A stretch of 55,264 bases of DNA, filler included, from Sphacelaria rigidula (taxonomy: Eukaryota), in assembly GCA_964200075.2 (NCBI GenBank). It is 5 parts of 5 records of this genome, joined end to end, with 100 filler letters (N's around TTAATTAATTAA, not from the genome) between each part and the next. Parts side by side here need not be neighbours in the genome. Positions count along the whole stretch, not along the records: positions 44,294 to 55,264 come from CAXNAA020005604.1; 4 more parts are not named here. The stretch is one strand, 5' to 3'. Made by a program: the position numbers and the translations under genes. The notes under the pieces are model-generated. The model searched no databases. It was not told the origin of the DNA and saw only the letters and a program-made list of their open reading frames with translations. Below are positions 52,101 to 55,264 of this stretch, piece by piece (positions within the stretch are counted from its first letter, which is position 1; every line of letters begins with the position of its first letter).

Positions 52101-55100
52101 CCCTGCTCGCGCCTGCTGGCAACACTCCTGCTCCCACCTGAGTTTTCCTCTCCTTCTACGGGATTCTCCGAGAGACACGCTCTGCCCGCTGCCGTGGGGT
52201 GTACTCATGATCATACCATGCGTATGGCCTGATCATGAGTACACCCCACGGCAGGGGGCAGAGCGTTTCACTCGGGGAATCCCGTAGTGCACGGGGGAGA
52301 CGCAAAAAGGGCCAGAAAGTGCCCGTAACCCCCCGCTTGTGCTGGTGGGTTCTCGTGCACACGGAACTGGGATCGCGGCCAAAACCTTCATTTCCAACCG
52401 TGTAGACTTGACCTCTCTTCTGGGGGGGGTGGTGTATTGTACACCTCACCGCCACCACCGCCGCCGCCGTACGTGAAGCCCCGCGCCACTTCGTGTCCCC
52501 GAGCAAAACTAATGCTAGGCGAACTGCAGTCGCCGCTCATGGTTATCCGCTTTGAACCATGTGCGCTGTCCTCGTCGTGGTTGCTGTGAGGCAGTAACCC
52601 ACGCGAGGACGACTCTCCGCCTACCCTGCCCGCGCCTGCTGGCACCACTCCTGCTCCCAACTGAGGTTTCCTCTCCATCTACGGGATTCTCCGAGTGAAA
52701 CGCTCTGCCCCCTGCCGTGGGGTGTACTCATGATAATACCAGAATGTATTATCATGAGTACACCCCACGGCAGGGGGCAGAGCCTGTTCGTCGCGAAATC
52801 CCGTAGAAGGAGAGGAAAACTCAGGTGGGAGCAGGAGTGTTGCCAGCAGGCGCGAGCAGGGTAGGCGGAGAGTCGTCCTCGCGTGGGTTACTGCCTCACA
52901 GCAACCACGACGAGGACAGCGCACATGGTTCAAAGCGGATAACCATGAGCGGCGACTGCAGTTCGCCTAGCATTAGTTGTGCACGGGGACACGAAGTGGC
53001 GGAGGGCCTCACGTACGGCGACGTCGGTGGTGGCGGTGAGGTGTACAATACACCACCCTCCCAATGGAGAGGTCATGTCCGCACGATTGGAGATGAAGAT
53101 TCTGGCGGCGATCCCAGTTCCGTGTGCACGAGAACCCACCAGCACAAGCGAGGGGTTACGGGATCTTTCTGGCCCTTTTTTGCGTCTCCCCCGTGCACTA
53201 AAGGATTCCCCGAGGGACACGCTCTGCCCCCTGCCTTGGGGTGTACTCATGATCAGGCCATGTGCATGCACATGGCCTGATCATGAGTACACCCCACGGC
53301 AGGGGGCAGAGCGTGTCTCTCGGGGAATCCCGAAGAAGGAGAGGAAAACTCAGGTGGGAGCAGGAGTGTTGCCAGCAGGCGGGAGCAGGGTAGGCGGAGA
53401 GTTGTCTTCGCGTGGGTTACTGCCTCACAGCAACCACGACGAGGACGGCGCACATGGTTCGAAGCGGATAACCATGAGCGGCGACTGCAGTTCGCCCAGC
53501 ATTAGTTGTGCCCGGGGACACAAAGTGGCGGAGGGCCTCACGTACGGCGCCGTCGGTGGTGGCGGTGAGATGTACAATACACCACCCTCCCAATGGAGAG
53601 GTCAAGTCTGCACGGTTGAAGGTGAAGGTTTTGGTCGCAATCCCAGTTCCGTGTGCACGAGAACCCACCAGCAGAAGCGGGGGGTTATGGGATCTTTCTC
53701 GCCTCTTTTTGCGTCTCCGCCGTGCACTACGGGATTCCCCGAGGGACACGCTCTGCCCCCTGCCGTGGGGTGTACTGATGATCAGGCCATGCGCATGGCT
53801 TGATCATGAGTACACCCCACGGCAGGGGGCAGAGCGTGTCCCTCGGGGAATCCCGTGTTGCACGGGGGAGACGCAAAAAGGGGCCAGAAAGATCCCGTAA
53901 CCCCCCGCTTCTGCCGGTGGGTTCTCGTGCACACAGAACTGGGATTGCGACCAAAACCTCCATCTCCAACCGTGCAGACTTAACCGCATTACTAAGGGGG
54001 TGGTGTATTGTACACCACACCACAACCAGCGCCGCGGCCGCCAGACGTGAGGCCCCCCGCCACTTTGTGTCCCCGGGCACAACTCATGCTGGGCGAACTG
54101 CAGTCGCCGCTCATGGTTATCCGCTTCGAATCATGTGCGCCGTCCTCGTCGTGGTTGCTGTAAGGCAGTAACCCACGTGAAGACAACTCTCCGCCTACCC
54201 TGCTCGCGCCTGCTGGCAACACTCCTCTTCCCACCTGAGTTTTTCTCTCCTTCTACGGGATGCTCCGAGGGACACGCTCTGCCCCCTGCCGTGGGGTGTA
54301 CTCATGATCATACCATGCGCATGGCCTGATCATCAGTACACCCCACGGCAGGGGGCAGAGCGTTTCACTCGGGGAATCCCGTAGGGCACGGGGGAGACGC
54401 AAAAAGGGGCGGGCAAGACCCCGTAACCCCCCGCTTCTGCTGGTGGGTTCTCGTGCACACGGAACTGGGATCGCGGCCAGAATCTTCATCTCCAACCGTG
54501 CGGACTTGACCTCTCCATTGGGAGGGTGGTGTATTGTACACCTGACCGCCACCACCGACGCCGCCGTACGTGAGGCCCTCCGCCACTTCGTGTCCCCGTG
54601 CACAACTAATGCTAGGCGAACTGCAATCGCCGCTCATGGTTATCTGCTTTGAACCATGTGCGCTGTCCTCGTCGTGGTTGCTGTATTAACATCAGTACAC
54701 CCCACGGCAGGGGGCAGAGCGTTTCACTCGGGGAGTCCCGTAGAAGGAGAGGAAAACTCAGGTGGGAGCAGGAGTGTTGTCAGCAGGCGCGGGCAGGGTA
54801 GGCGGAGAGTTGTCCTCGCGTGGGTTACTGCCTTACGGCAACACCGACGAGGACGACGCACATCGTCCGAAGCGGAGAACCATGAGCGGCGACTGCAGAT
54901 CGCCTAGCATTAGTTGTGCCTGGGGACACAAAGTGGCGCGGGGCTTCACGTACGGCGGCGGCGGTGGCGGCGGTGAGGTGTACAATACACCACCCTCCCA
55001 ATAGAGAGGTCAAGTCTGCACGGTTGAAAATGAAGATAATGGTCGCAATCCCAGTTCCGTGTGCACGAGAAACCACCGGCAGAAGCAGGGGGTTACGGGA

Positions 55101-55264
55101 TGCTTCTGGCCCTCTTTTGCGTCTCCGCCGTGCACTACGGGATTCTCCGAGTGAAACGCTCCGGTCCCTGCCGTGGGGTGTACTGATGATCAGGCCATGC
55201 GCATGGTATGATCATGAGTACACCCCACGGCAGGGGGCAGAGCGTGTCCCTCGGAGCATCCCGT
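46147..55264. repeat. Mixed-orientation tandem array of ~523-bp units with 65-bp terminal inverted repeats (at least 18 units; runs off the contig end)
   Basis: Unit = IR (CATGGCCTGATCATGAGTACACCCCACGGCAGGGGGCAGAGCGTGTCCCTCGGGGAATCCCGTAG) + ~390-bp core + reverse IR. Junction centres are at ~46605, 47128, 47651, 48174, 48700, 49223, 49675 (half), 50201, 50722, 51243, 51695 (half), 52221, 52742, 53266, 53792, 54318, 54690 (half) and 55200. Core orientations are A B B B B A A B B A A B B A A B B A. Confidence 0.95.

Noticed and set aside
46147-55264. CRISPR-like or integron-like array (palindromic repeat plus spacer)
   Set aside because: The intervening ~390-bp segments are all homologous to each other rather than unique spacers or cassettes. 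The repeats are ~132 bp, there is no cas or integrase gene, and the context is eukaryotic.
40565-55264. Array lying in an intron of the CCDC57-like gene
   Set aside because: The two are separated by an artificial contig spacer, so linkage is unsupported.

Overview
Eukaryotic, repeat-rich DNA that looks like a brown alga (Phaeophyceae, Ectocarpus-like). This is inferred from an EsV-1-7-repeat gene, the intron style and the repeat content. The window is not one locus. It consists of five segments (1-10974, 11075-22048, 22149-33121, 33222-44193, 44294-55264; lengths 10974, 10974, 10973, 10972, 10971) joined by identical 100-nt N-TTAATTAATTAA-N spacers, most likely size-sorted unplaced contigs. 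Contig 1 carries a single long ORF encoding about 14 EsV-1-7-type Cys/His repeats. Contig 2 carries a decayed LINE (APE + RT), a probable spliced minus-strand gene, a Gypsy integrase remnant and MITEs. Contig 3 is mostly small repeats: piggyBac-like MITEs, a tRNA-derived SINE head and copies of a ~500-bp dispersed element. Contig 4 has four exons of a CCDC57-like coiled-coil gene plus nested transposons. Contig 5 holds the most unusual structure, a >9-kb array of at least 18 units of ~523 bp. Most units are bounded by 65-bp inverted repeats, so junctions are ~132-bp palindromes. The units occur in both orientations (A B B B B A A B B A A B B A A B B A), with a 2020-bp higher-order repeat and variable palindrome centres. 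A junction motif is shared with the terminus of the dispersed ~500-bp element, and the first unit is fused directly to a zinc-ribbon ORF.
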